From Chrysomallon squamiferum (lineage: Eukaryota; Animalia; Mollusca): a DNA stretch of 64,000 nt. A program made the position numbers and the translations under genes. Below the pieces are notes generated by a model. It searched no databases, had not been told where the DNA came from, and saw only the letters and a program-made list of their open reading frames with translations. Shown here piece by piece: positions 1 through 13,806 of the stretch (positions are counted from its first letter, which is position 1; the number at the start of each line of letters is the position of its first letter). The DNA lies in NCBI GenBank assembly GCA_012295275.1, contig CM022665.1:6014001-6078000 (forward strand), written 5' to 3'.

Positions 1-747
1 CATTTCTTATTGTATTAATAATAGAGGTTGTTGATAATTTGTCATATGTTTATTTTGCAATATGTTTATATTGAAAAACATTTACATATTTAGACAGCAA
101 TGATGATTTTTGTTTTCCATATTAATAATTCACATATCAGTAGTGATATCAATTAATAAATCACTAAAATTGGGGGAGGGGAATAAAAAAAAAAAAAAAA
201 ACCCATTATAAAAAGCTTTGTTTTAATATTACTAGCAAACTATTGAAAACAATACCATATCTGTCTCTTTATCAGGGTTCTTTGCATTTATATGTAAGAA
301 TGCAGCATCCATTTTGTTTTCTGTTTGTGATAATATTATCTCATTTTATCACTAACTGTGATTGGTCTACAGGGGGGAAAAAAGTTTTAATATATTCCTA
401 TCACAACTACGCTTAACATTTAATTGGTTATGAATGTTTTTGCCTTTGTTTTTTTACTGTGACAGTTCTGAAATTAGACCATTATCATGTTGCTTGTTGA
501 TTTTTATTCTTCTATAATTATTTATATATTTATTTATTTATATTTTTAATTTTGTTTTTAATTTTTTTTAATTTTGTATTTATTTTTATTTTTAAAAAAT
601 TTTAATTTCTTCTTCTTGTTGTTTAAATAAATGTAGTTTTGATTGCATATTTTTAATGCATTGTTATATAATATATTAAATATTTTTCTTATTGTTGACA
701 TAGAGCAGGAATAAGAATTTTTTATGTGGTTTTTTTTTTTTTTCCAG

Positions 748-2296
748 CCAATCCCATCATCAAATATAATTTGTTTGTATGGTGTCCATGAACGATACTT
801 GAACAATCTGTTACAGAGATTTGATGAAGGTCTCATTACTGACTTCTACACGTATGTGCACTGTTTTTCTTTTAAACTGGTTTTATTAATCTTCAGTTCA
901 TATTATTTTTACTTTAAAAATATTTTTATTTACCATTATGTTTCTTTTGTTTTCCTTTTAAACTACTTTTTTTTTTCCTTACTCTCCGTTTTGTCTTTCT
1001 GATGACAGATATATAAAATTTATAGGTACAGTTGATTCAAATAATAGACTGTTTTTTGTATTACTCATTACATTTTACCTTTAATATAACTGATATTATT
1101 TATTTATTTATTTATCATTGTTATTGCTTTTGATTCTGTTCATTTTTCTGTGCTGAAAATTTAAAACAATATTGTTGTATAACTTTTCAGTTTAATAAAC
1201 TAAATTCCAAAGCAATATTTCACACTGAGATTATGAAAGAGGAAAATGTGTACATAATTTTATTTATAATAATTACTTAATAATTTTTCATTTCAGATTT
1301 TTCCAGGAAACATGGTGTTTGGCAATCTACCATGATCGCTTCCCAGATTTTAGAGATGAGATTCGTGAACTACTTATTACCAGTCCTGTAAGTTTCAAAA
1401 ATTTGTTTATTAATCTTTAATAAAATTTTCAGGCGAAGAATTTTCAAAAATGCAAACATTAAATAGGTTTAAATACTTCTAGAGTATAATGATTTTTTTT
1501 TGTCCTGCTCTAACTGCTTTTCTATCTATAAAAATTAAGTTTAAATTTAATATTTTACATAAGCTGTGTAATGATTTAAGATTTTACAAGAGTTGAGTAT
1601 TAATTTAAGGTTTTATAATGTAAGATAATTTTCTTTTAATTCACAGGAGGCTAATATTGAAGCACTGGAAGAGAAAGTCCGTCAAGTTGTGGATGATGAA
1701 ATTACGGTCAGTAAAACAAAACATTTAAATTTTCGATTTTTAAAAATTTGGAATAAATATTTAACAATACCTGAAAACATTTTATTAATAACAGTTATTA
1801 GGAATCAGAAACATAATATTTGTATAATTATGAAACAAAAAAAAAGAAACTCATTGACATCATTCAAAGGATTTTTAATTTGTTGCAAAGCACTGTCCCA
1901 CTGGCAGGGAAATACATACCATGTTATTTGATAAAACAGGCCTGGGAAATAACTCAATTGGTGCTCAAATAAGATGATCTGTGGCCTAAACAATGAGTTA
2001 CACACAGTCTGTGTCTAATTGACAACAGATATCTATTTTTAGCATTTTAAATATGTTGTTTGGTTTCCCAAGCTAAACAACATACTCAGAGTACAAACCA
2101 GTTTTGTTAAGTAATTGGAATTACTTTTATTCAGTTTTTATTTTAATAATTAGGTTCATGCAAGTTGAAAATCATGATATATTTAAATACAGTGAGGGTA
2201 TTCCTCATTATTTGAAAATCAACATCTTGTAAATTTCTGTCTTTCACAGTAGTGCCATAATTTCTGATAGTGCTGATATTTAATCATTCATTTATT

Positions 2297-2332
<36 letters not shown>

Positions 2333-3722
2333 GCTTTTATTAATAAAGGTAGAAATAAAAATAAAATATTTTTGTTACAGGCTTATACTTCTGCTTGGGC
2401 TGTCGACTGTCAAGTTGTAATTGTCATGATTTTAAAATTTTATTTATTTTTAATTACACTTTCTGTTATTATAATTTATTAAGTATTATATTTATTATGT
2501 TTTCATGTTTCATTTCTTTGTTATTTGTTTATTTATTTTATGTTTGTTTTATTTTGGTTTTTTGTTTGTTTGTTTTTAATTTTTTATTTTTAAAAATTAT
2601 ATTGTTCCTTATTAAGTTTTGTTCATATTGACAGTATTTAATTTGTTAATTTGTTACTTCAAAATTACTTGTGAAAATGTTCTAGGTTTGTGAGACAAAA
2701 TAAGGATCTTGATCCCACAAAATAAATATCTTGATCTTAATAAATAAATAACATTGTTCCTTTGTAATATAATTATCACTTTTGAAATATATGTACTAAA
2801 ATGTTCAATATTTCATCTATTATTTTGTGTGTGTGTGAGAGAGAATGTGAGTGTGTATGAGTGTGAATGTTTTTGTATGTATATAAAAAATACTAGTTAC
2901 AGTATTTTCTCACTATTTAAACAGTCTTACTGGAAATTGATACTCAAGTATGTACTTCACACATGTAAAGTCTTAAATAATGCAAGAATATACATTTAAA
3001 AAAAAAGAATAACCCAGGATTTTTTTAAGTAAAGAAAAACAAAAAAAGACTCTTAAATCAGTGTATTCATTATAGAAGAATCTTGAAAGAAAATATTAAA
3101 TGATAGGAAATGGTTGTACAGACACAGAAGTGTTTATTTTAATTTTCTTATTTCTTTAGAAGATTATGTTGCATTATCAGTTAATAGGTTTATAATAACA
3201 TAAATTTTAAGTGTCAGATTAAACAACAAAAAAAAGAGAAAAAAAGATGAGAATACCTGTTATAAACCTACACTTGAGAGTTAATCTTATTTTTACTGTT
3301 CTTATTCTTCTTCTTATTATTATTATCCCTTTATTTATTTATTTATTGTATAAAATCAATTCACACATTGCCAAAATTTTAAATAAACTATCAGTGTTTC
3401 ATTACATATCTATCAATATCCATGCTTACAATAAAATTTATTGCTAATGAATTCTACGAAAACCAATAAAGAAGAAGTAAGAAACTAAAAATAATCAAAT
3501 TAGCATAACTGACTTAAGATGCATTAATGTTTTCCATACTGATATTTTAAACGTATTAATTTGTGTTGGATGTTGTTACAGATGGCACCTGCACAGAGGA
3601 AGGAGTTGTTTGATGCATACACAACATCTGGTGTCAAACGTGCTGTGGAAACTCGCCTCCTCAGCTTCATCAGCTACAACTACTACCACCTGCCGATGTA
3701 TGCCAAGCCAGGAATGGTGTGA
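748..3722 (+). CDS. CFAP61: Cilia- and flagella-associated protein 61, last four coding exons (gene starts upstream of window)
   Basis: GT-AG exons 748-851, 1297-1387, 1647-1706 and 3582-3722 join in frame (phases 2,0,0): PIPSSNIICLYGVHERYLNNLLQRFDEGLITDFYT-FFQETWCLAIYHDRFPDFRDEIRELL...VETRLLSFISYNYYHLPMYAKPGMV*. This matches the characteristic CFAP61/C20orf26 C-terminus (WCLAxxHDRFxD...YNxYHLPMYAxPG). Confidence 0.93.
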
Positions 3723-5206
3723 TCAGACAAATTTTAATAAAAAGAAAGAAAGGAGAGATACCGTGGTATATTAAACACTGAAATTTAACATTTTGTTATA
3801 GAAATAAGACTGTGATTTTGTTTCTGTTTCTGTTTTATTATGTGTATGAGACATGTAATACAAAAATTAAATTTGTTTTACAAAGTAAGTTTTAAAAACT
3901 AAAATAATCTTTAGTATATTTAATATTAATTTTTGAATTTCATTTTATTGTATTCCAGGGATTACACTGTGTGCACATGTGTTAATTTACTGCATGTATA
4001 AAGTAATTATTTTAAGATGAAAGTTATTAATTCAGTTAATTTGTATTTAATCTGTGTATAGTTTGTGACTGTTTATGTCCTTGTTTGAACTCAGATTGAT
4101 ACCACAAAGATTTCATGAACTTAACTATAGCGTAAGTAATTTGGATATTAAGACAGACACTAACATACACATAAAATTAATCTGCTTTGATTAACTATTA
4201 AAAGTCTATTAAAAGACAGTTAACAACAGTTTCAAAATATATAAAACATAATTAATGTCACAATGGGTTTTTTCTTGGATCTAAAGTAAACCATCATTGA
4301 AAATGGTAATATTAGATTTGAATATTAACTGACCTGTATGGGTCATGTCATTAACAGCAGTATACTCTAACTTGAAAAACAATCTTAAGAAAAACCCAAT
4401 AATATGGGGTTTTCTCTGTATACATATATAAACCTTAATTACATATACTGTAAAAATATATATATAAAAATATAAAAAGATTAATTCTTACTTCTTAGCC
4501 ATTACCATCTTAATTCACCATCATAACTACTTTAGAAGAGAATAATTTTTCTTCATTTTCTTCACAAATATTTTGTGATATATTTGTCCTCTCTAGGATT
4601 TACTTTATACATAAACATGCAGCACAATGTCATTTACATTCTGTGAAATGTACAGTTATATATTTACTGCTAGAATTTTGTCTGTGATATGTTATGTCAT
4701 TTTAACATTAAAAAAAAATATTATTTAATTTTTATTGTGCACTTTTAATATATTTATCAGTATGAAAAATTTCTTATTATCATTAAATTATTAAACATTT
4801 ATTTTAAAATTTAAAAAAATGGAATAAAATAAAGTGTTTGCATTTGAATCATTTTTGCCTTTGTTTTAATATTTTGTTTCATATATATATAATCATCAGT
4901 GAAAAACAAAACCCATAAAAGGTATTTAGTTATTAAAACAGTTATAAAGTGAAGGGAAGCAACTCTTCTCAGATTAAAGTACTGCTACCTTCAAGAGTGT
5001 TTGATTTTATTTCATTATACACTGACTGTACACAGAGTAGATTTATTTATATGAAGTTTTATTGTCAAATATATTATTAATTATTATTAATGAACATTTT
5101 ATAAATCAAAGAGTAATTCAGATCTTTCACTTTTTCCCTTTTTCCAGTGCACTTGCAAGCTTATACATTTTGTTTTGTAGTCATGTGTATATCATTATTA
5201 TCATCA

Positions 5207-5264
<58 letters not shown>

Positions 5265-5584
5265 GTTTAAAAAATAATAATAATAACAAAATGATTAAAG
5301 TAATTTTATTTTCTGGAAATAAATGGATTTCATCATCGAAAAACAAAAGAAACAAAAAGTATATATTTTAATTTAGTCAAACCTATGCCATTACCGTATC
5401 TGTTTGAAAAATGCTCATGTCTTTGCACTGTTACTCGTGAAGAATATGATTAAAACTAAAAATAATATATTTAATTAAAAATTACATGCAGACTAACAGT
5501 CTTAAGTCAGTGTGTGCAGATTACATCTCAGTGTATTCTAAACTGAAAGACAGTTACACCCTCTCAATGTCATCTTGTAATATT

Positions 5585-6347
5585 CATGCTAACACTGATA
5601 GAAAATGACCATAATTCATAGACCCAAAGCCCAGAAAATGTAAAGTTTGAGTCACACACAAACCTAATTACAGAATATATGCACTAACTAATTCTGTAGC
5701 ATAAAAGGGATAACTATTCATTAAAGTAACCAAACCTGAGATCAATATTTTACGAGTTAAATAAATAGTTAATTATAACTGACTATTTTTCTTTGGGTTT
5801 TATCTTTCAAGTAGCTAGCCTCCTACATGTGTATGCATGTTTGCATTTATGTAGTATATATGTAAAAGAATATGCATATGCATATTGGTATGTATGTTAT
5901 TATTGTTATTATTTACAATGGAATAAAAGAATAAAAATTAAAATTAAAAAGAATAAAAATTTAGGATAGATCCTAAAATGCAGTATAAAATAATATCTAT
6001 AAATAAATAAATAAATAAATAAATAAACAATGCTTCATATCTTTTATTAATTTAAATAAAAATGTACACGTATCCGACTACAGTATATTATTATGTTTTA
6101 TGTGAATTGATAATATGCTGTTGACTATAAATTTCACGAGATAAAACGGAAACTAACGATAATCAACGATATTTCTGTATTTATCTCATCGTTTGTTTTC
6201 GTTCTATCTCGGTTTTGCACTAAAGATAAAATGGATGTCGTTTAGAGGATGGAAACCAACAACTACGGATAAGCCGAAGCTGAACAGCAGCAATATTTTG
6301 GTCTGAAAATAGAGAAAACTTGTGTAAGACAAACGTTTCAGTAATTT

Positions 6348-6384
<37 letters not shown>

Positions 6385-6590
6385 ATTTCACTAACAACTT
6401 TAAAATTTAGAAAGTAATGTGCTAAATAATTTGTAAGGTTGTACAGTCTACATTTTTACAGGTGCTTTCAGTACATGTGTTTATGGAGTGAGAACTACAG
6501 TGAAAGACGAGAGCGTATCAAATAGTGAATAACATAATGAGAGACAAATAATAAGGATACAGAATATATTATAGGTGTGCATATATTCGA
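5585..6590 (+). repeat. Left arm of long diverged inverted repeat
   Basis: Reverse complement of ~8755-9710. Examples: gtgagaactacagtgaaagacgagagcgtatc (~6488) vs gatacgctctcgtctttcactgtagttctcac (~8800); gagatcaatattttacgagttaaat (~5738) vs atttaactcgtaaaatattgatctc (~9555). Ends approximate. Confidence 0.85.
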
Positions 6591-6821
6591 GTGTCTGTGA
6601 ATGCGTGTGTACATGTGTGTGTGTGTTATGTGTGTACATGTGTGTGTGTGTTATGTGTGTACATGTGTGTGTACATGTGTGTGTGTGTGTGTACGTGTGC
6701 GGGACATGATGCAAAACGAAAAGTAGGTAAATCATGTTTCACTTCTCGCATTCACATGCTAAGCAGTGTGTGCGCATAGACAGAATCATACTTTGGAAGA
6801 CATTTTCTTGCCGTCTCAAGA

Positions 6822-6824
<3 letters not shown>

Positions 6825-6878
<54 letters not shown>
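6825..6878. repeat. (GT)n microsatellite
   Basis: Uninterrupted gt run. Confidence 0.95.
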
Positions 6879-6879
<1 letters not shown>

Positions 6880-7559
6880 GAAGACCTAAGTACATATGCA
6901 CGTACATAACTACCTACCTATGTACATACACACCTGTCTATCTTCCTACCTATTACACACATATACACATATACGTACGTACATATGTACATTTTCTTAC
7001 ATGCATGCTCAGAATTAAATTGATAAATTGAAAATGGTCAGTTATAATTAATTATTTATTTAATCAGTTTGCAAACATCGATCTTAAGATTAGCTGCCTC
7101 AACGGGAAAAATCATCTTTGTTAAACTGACCACAATAATGATAGAAACTGTGTTTTTAATTTCTGTTCATTATTGTTGTTGTTGTTATTGTTAATATTAT
7201 TACTATTATTGTAGTTGTTGGTAGTGGTGGTGGTGGTGGGGGTTTGTTGTTCTTGTTATTGGTGGTCGTCGTGGTATTGTGAATGTGATTACTACTGTAG
7301 TAACAATAGTAGCAGTAGAGAAGTAATAGCAGTACTTCCAAACAAAAATGCTGCATCTTGATAAATGTTTTCATTGGCATAAGTTACTGAGAATAATGGT
7401 GACATGGTGGCAGATGAAGAATACAGTTTTATTGGATTTACGTCGAACACGGGATGATATGGAACGTGTCTATACCCTGTTTATACCAAAGGTTCAAAAA
7501 TGAAACCTTCTTAGCCTCTTTGTAATTATTTTCAAACAGTGTCGATTCTTATAACCTGT

Positions 7560-7716
7560 TAAATTATTCCATTAACCCTCTTCATTCATTGATTCCATCA
7601 TAATAATATTGCACTATCTTTATTCATTTAATGTTGGCAATACACCAAATTGTAACTCAGTTGTATCGTTTATGAATAATTTAAATAAAAGTGTACCGCA
7701 GAACAGAGCCCCTGTG
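7560..7716 (-). mobile_element. Degenerate non-LTR (CR1/Jockey-like) reverse transcriptase fragment
   Basis: Minus strand reads, with frameshifts, Q-G-S-V-L / G-T-L-L-F-K-L-F-I-N-D (7716-7664), resembling the RT motif PQGSVLGPxLFxxFIND. Followed by degraded sequence. Confidence 0.55.
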
Positions 7717-8035
7717 ATTTAACTGTGAGTGCACGTCTTGAAAACTGCCCGAACGTACACGTCATTATTTGTTAATCAGAAGTCACGCATCAGTTCGAAC
7801 GAGATTTCCTGAAATCTTTCATCCGCTCAAGTCTTTTTTTTTTTTCCTTCTGTAAATACAAGTGATCTTTACACCAGGTGTTTTTATGTTTTTACTGTAA
7901 ATAACAGACAGAGAAATTTTTTTTAAATAAGATAAAACCAAAAAGAACAACAATAACAACCGTAATTACATGGTTTTATGTCAGTTTACAATACATTGTT
8001 TTTGTGACTTATTTATAATAAATAGAATTATTTTA

Positions 8036-8090
<55 letters not shown>

Positions 8091-8477
8091 TTATTCCACT
8101 CAGACATTAAAGATATCGTCATGCTATGATATTTTTAAGATCAGTACACTACTTATTTGGAACTGTAAATCTTTTACCAGTGTCCATTCATTAATATCAC
8201 AAACGTGTAGCCTTAGGCTGTAGAGGCGCCGTGCATCATCGCTATTGATTGTTACACGTACAGCCAGATTAAATTAGCTTCGAGTGTTTTACCGGAAAAC
8301 AGCGGTGTCGTAGTTGTCATTCATTTATTCATGAGTATCGAGCGATGTTATCAGTAATGATGGAAAAAGTAAGATTTGCTCAGCACAGACAACGTATTTG
8401 TTCTATCGACAGATCACGGAGGGACAATGCAATACATTTCTGGCAACAGAGTTAGGGTCTATATTGTATGATTTCCG

Positions 8478-8513
<36 letters not shown>

Positions 8514-8754
8514 TGCTATTATTGTGATGAACATAATTTATAAGATGAAAGTTATTTTTACCATAAAGGAAAATCAAATCATTCGTCAATGTGGTAGGAT
8601 CGTGATCGGGTGTATTTAAAAAAAAAAAAAAATTTTTTTTTTTTTATAATTGTTACTAAATAAACCAGGTGAAAAAACAAGGATCACAAACTGTTGATGA
8701 AATAGGATAATATTTAATAGACCGATTTCAAGTGTCAGTTATTAGACTTGTGTG

Positions 8755-9001
8755 TGAATATATGCACACCTGTATTATTTTTCTCTCATGTTATTCGCCG
8801 ATACGCTCTCGTCTTTCACTGTAGTTCTCACTTGTACTGAAAGCACCTGTAAAAGTACAAATGTAGACTGTATGACCTTACAAATTATTTAGCGCATTAC
8901 TTTCTAAATTATAAAGTTGTTACCGGACGTGTGCTCGAAGGATCAAAAATTATTTTAAAACTGTTTGAGAAAAATGTGTTTTTTTCAACATACTCTTTGA
9001 A

Positions 9002-9043
<42 letters not shown>

Positions 9044-9338
9044 ATTATATAAAATTACTGAAACGTTTGTCTTACACAAATTTTCTTTCTTTAGTTTCCG
9101 TTTTATCTCTTGTGAAATTTACAGTATATACATATTATCAATTCTGATTAAACATTATAATATATTATAATCGGAAACTTGTAAATTTTATTTTAAATAA
9201 ATAAAAGCTATCAAATATTACTTTTTTTTCTTTTTCTTCTTTTTTTTTAACATTTATTTATTTACACTTTTGTTGTTATTTTGTTTTTTGTAATTTTACT
9301 GCTTTTCATGTATCCTAAATTTGCACTGTTTTTCATTA

Positions 9339-9402
<64 letters not shown>

Positions 9403-9710
9403 TAATTCCATGACCACTGCAAACAATTACCAATATACGTGTACATATACATACATATACATGTACACAGTACAATATACATACATGCATGCACAGTAGG
9501 CTGGCAACTTGAAAGATAAAACAAAGTAAAATGGTCAGTTATAATTAACTATTCATTTAACTCGTAAAATATTGATCTCGGGTCTTAATGAATAGTTATC
9601 TCTTTTACGCTACACATATATTCTGTAATTAGGTTTGTGCGTGACAAAAACTTTACTGTCTCTGGGATTTGGTCCCTTAAATCATGGTAATTTTCTGTTA
9701 GTGTTAATGA
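8755..9710 (-). repeat. Right arm of long diverged inverted repeat
   Basis: Colinear reverse-complement match to 5585-6590 with substitutions and indels, including matching (TAA)n/(TTA)n tracts. Confidence 0.85.
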
Positions 9711-12425
9711 CTGTTTTACAGGATTAATTAGAAAATAGAGGTCTTTCATTATATATATTTATATTTATATATATACAGCGCAAGCATGCATTTTCATACT
9801 ACTGTTGAAAATTTAGAGTGTTTTTCTTTTTTCTTTTTTTTTAAAAAGTATTTAAATATTAATATTAACTAACAATGAAAAGTCTTAAAAGTTTTGTTTA
9901 CGTTGCCAATCGTAACAAGAAAGATAATTAGATATGTAACAGCAGCAAAAGCAAAACTAAACACAGTCTGATAGAATCAGAAACGTAATCACAGAATGTT
10001 CTACATTAAACAATATTTTAATATTACTGTTTTTATTTTCCCTCCAACTGTTAGTCGTATCGATTAGCAGAAGGGAATATTTTATATACACCTACCCACA
10101 GATAGTAATAATTACCAAGGCCTTAGATTATCTATCCATCCATCCGTCCGCAGGTTTCTACGGATGAATAAATAAATATACGTTTACTTAAATATTACCT
10201 TTAACCAAATGAGAAATTAAATGCATTTTTAAATGTAATATTAATTCTGATATTAATTACTGAAATATTACCCGTTGTGACTATATTAAGACAATGCTGC
10301 TGTTGTTGTTGTTGTTAAAATGTATGAAAAAAGAGAAAGAAAAAAAAAAAGAAGAAATTTTCCACTTTCTGTATGTAACAGAAATATTTTTTAAATTATT
10401 ATATTTTGAGAATCAGATAAATTTAATGCATCGTGTACATGATAGTAAACTTTTGCATTCGCAGTAAATAAATAAATAAAATATTTAAAAGAAAAAGAAA
10501 ACAAACTAAGACTACGTTTATAGTAAGTGCACAAGGTCATGTTAATATTTAACTAAACGGCAACACTATTTAATCATTACGTCAACATGGATGTTTGCAA
10601 AAACAATCCCAGCCTTCAAGGTTCTGTTTGAACAAACCGAGACAATGACTAAACAAAATGGCTTCTTGTACAATGACTTAAATTACCAGCAAATCTGTCC
10701 TTCGGTATGGCTTTCTGTGGAAACCACTCAGGCACCACCATTATCCGGATTAATGTTCTGTTGTTGATGGAATCGGACGTAGAAGAAGGTGATTGCTACT
10801 ATTGATGTATTCCGAATCACAATAAAACACAACGTGGAATAGAAACGAATACTGTTTTATGTATTTTGGTGGATTACCTTTTGCCGGTCACAGATGTATA
10901 CTTTTAATGACGTTGTTAAATTATATCCGTATAATGACAACCATGAGACAACGGCTAGTGAAAGATTTAATATGAAAAACAGGCAGATTAAATTACCTCT
11001 AATATTGATCTAAACGTCAAAGCAGCGTTATTATACATTTAAAAAAAAAAATAAAACACGGTGATCAAGATTATGATTATTATTGCAAACAAAGAAAGCC
11101 TACAGTCAAATAATAAATCGTTAATAATTTTGAGTCCGTTAATTAAAATGTAATAATCAATAAATAACTTAAACTATAACAATTTTAATATTTTCCATCA
11201 GACTTCATTGATTTTACTTCTTCTAATTATTATTATTATTATTATTATTATTAAAGGAAACGTCATACTTGAAAACATAATAATAATAATAATAAAATAA
11301 AATAAAAAATAAAAAATTGAAGGATGGTGTATAAAAAAATAATAAAAAGAAGAATAAAGATGTGTTTATTTTTTATTGTAGTTAATCCAGTAACACAAGC
11401 GAATTTTTTTTACATATGAAGAAAAAAATAAAACGAAATGAATACTATTTCTTTTTAAAACAAAAGAAAAAGTATAACACTTTTGTTTCAAAATGTTTGT
11501 GGACGGTGGGAGCGGCAGCAATATCTTTTGGCATGCTTGTCGGAGTATACGTTATGTTTGTTGTAAGACGGCGTAATAAGGCAACAAAGTGAAATTATTT
11601 ACCAGACACAAGTCTAATACATGTACTCGGTTATCTCATTCAGCAATGTTCCAGAAAGTAGATTAACAATGTAACCAGGCATGTGCTTCGTAACCTTATC
11701 CAACACTGCTTCAGTTCTCCTTACGTTCAGTGTAATCGTCTGTCTTAATGATCGATAATTAGAGATCTTCTGACGGCAAGCATTTAGATGGTGCGTTATT
11801 TTTGTCTGTTATATTACTTTTCTTTCTTTTACTCTTCCCCTCCCCCCACCTTTGCTATTACTATATCTTTTCTGCTTCAAAAGATCTCTTTTATTATATC
11901 TCATTTTATGAAATGCGTTTAGTAAACATAAATAAAGAAAGAAAGAAAAAGAAAGCGTTATAAACAATTATTCTAAATGCATTTGGTAACTTCAGTCTAC
12001 TCTTTTTGTGTACAGTTATTTCATTGATGTCGTTGTACATGCATCAACATATCACATTAATATTTCATTAATTTCATCTTAAGCACCAATAAACAAACTT
12101 GTGAATATAAACTAATCCTGTGAAACGAAACTTCCAGTACATAAAAACACATAAAAAATGTAATAAACCTGGCGTATTTGACTTACAGTTATAACAGATC
12201 TTTCATCTATATAATAAAATGGCAATTGTCTAAAGAAAATATTTTAAACCTGCTATAAAACCAAGACATTCATGTCTTCTACAGTTTTAAATATTTTCTA
12301 CACCGAAGTGAAAATTAAAATCTTTAGATCTTTAAAGTAGTCGGAAGGCTGGTTGGTGAAGACGGTATGTGAATCTAATTTAAACTATGTCCAAATGACA
12401 AATACAAACTAAACGTGCTACAGAA

Positions 12426-13409
12426 TCAAGATCCAACACGGTGCAGTGTCCCCACACGTCTTGTTTCTTCTCTGTATCTAGCTATACAGTGCAACCAGCA
12501 GTTAACACTGAGTCGCTGACTAGCACTAAACCAATTACTGGCATAGGCTGTGGCCAAAAGCATGTGGACATCGTGCTCAAATTCTGTCCCACTTCGAAAG
12601 TATTGTTCATAGCACTTCTTTATAGCCAAAAATATCCGATCACTATCAACATACGTGGGTTTCTTTAGGAGAAATCTGGCAATAAGAAGTGACAGTCGAG
12701 CAATGCTTTGAGGTGTGTGGCCATAATCATATTTGGGATCGAACTCTGAGAACTGTAGTTCGTGAATCTCCTGTTGTTTTTCAGCCAGATCTTTTTTAGC
12801 TTTCTTGTATTCTCTGTCCAAAAACTGATTGCGGGCATCAGTAACTTGCAGTTCTCTTTTGAATGTGTTCACGTGCATTTCCAAACAATTGATTCTGTAT
12901 ATTAGTTCGGCCATATCAACATCGGCCATGGCATCACTGTCTCTGAAAGAACGACGTCGACGAAACCAGGTCAAATCTGCTTCATCATCATCCACAGAGG
13001 CAGCAATAGCCTGACACTGGATTTGATGAGTGGCCAGTTCAAATCTATTTACAGTTTCGCTGCATCCAGCGCACACTACAGGAAAATAGGGGCATACGTC
13101 CAAATGAGTCTGCAACATTTCCAGTTTAACCAGCACTTTACATCCTCGTTCAACATTATCACATTCTACCTGAAATCCGTTGATAAGATTTCGCAGCGAA
13201 TGGATGGGTTTTGCTTCCTTTGGATTGACGACGGCGCGACATTCAGGACAGGTGTCTGTATTAGGTCGACAAAGCCATGTCTCCAGACAAGGTGAACAGA
13301 AACTGTGGCCACATGTTGTGAGAACAGCATCTTCCAACACGCAGCTGCATATTCCACACAGAAGATTGGGGTCTACTGGTCCCACAAATCTTGCTGTTCC
13401 GTAACCCAT
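12426..13409 (-). CDS. Intronless RING (C3HC4) + TRAF-type zinc finger + coiled-coil E3 ubiquitin ligase, RNF41/RNF151/PDZRN3-N-terminus-like, 327 aa
   Basis: Single ORF. Start MGYxxxRFxGxVDxxLLCxIC is typical of NRDP1/PDZRN3/RNF151. RING CGIC..CGHSFC..C..CPEC; TRAF-type Zn finger CDNVERGC..HLDVC..CAGC..HQIQC; heptad-rich coiled coil follows. Confidence 0.9.
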   Translation of the reverse strand: MGYGTARFVGPVDPNLLCGICSCVLEDAVLTTCGHSFCSPCLETWLCRPNTDTCPECRAVVNPKEAKPIHSLRNLINGFQVECDNVERGCKVLVKLEMLQTHLDVCPYFPVVCAGCSETVNRFELATHQIQCQAIAASVDDDEADLTWFRRRRSFRDSDAMADVDMAELIYRINCLEMHVNTFKRELQVTDARNQFLDREYKKAKKDLAEKQQEIHELQFSEFDPKYDYGHTPQSIARLSLLIARFLLKKPTYVDSDRIFLAIKKCYEQYFRSGTEFEHDVHMLLATAYASNWFSASQRLSVNCWLHCIARYREETRRVGTLHRVGS

Positions 13410-13806
13410 CTTATTTCAGTACACACTTTATAACAGGAAAAACTTCTCTTCACACACACACACACACACACCACTTGAAGATATCACACGATATATTCTG
13501 AAAACATTTTCTCTCAGAAATCTTGACCATATCACACAAAAAAGTAATTTCTGTTAACTGTTACTGCGACTTGTTTGTTTTCATACATCACACATAACTG
13601 TTACTCGACAGGTTTGTTCTCATAGATCACACATAATAACTACTACAGCTTACCGTATTGCAAACTTCACCTGTAATCAGAACAATTTTTCTGAACTGCT
13701 TTGTCGAAATATACGTAACTAAAGATCTTAAAGCGGTTTCACTCTTCACTGCCTAGCCCGTTAAGGTTTAATCTTCTTGTTGCATACTTCAGCCAGACAT
13801 CGACTC

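Noticed and set aside
5062-5371. Poly-I/L/N ORFs here, and similar poly-Y, SLSL, ERER, CVCV and THTH ORFs across the window
   Set aside because: Translations of (ATT)n, (CT)n and (GT)n microsatellites.
12441-13404. Several overlapping ORFs on both strands
   Set aside because: Shadow frames of the RING gene with no recognisable motifs.
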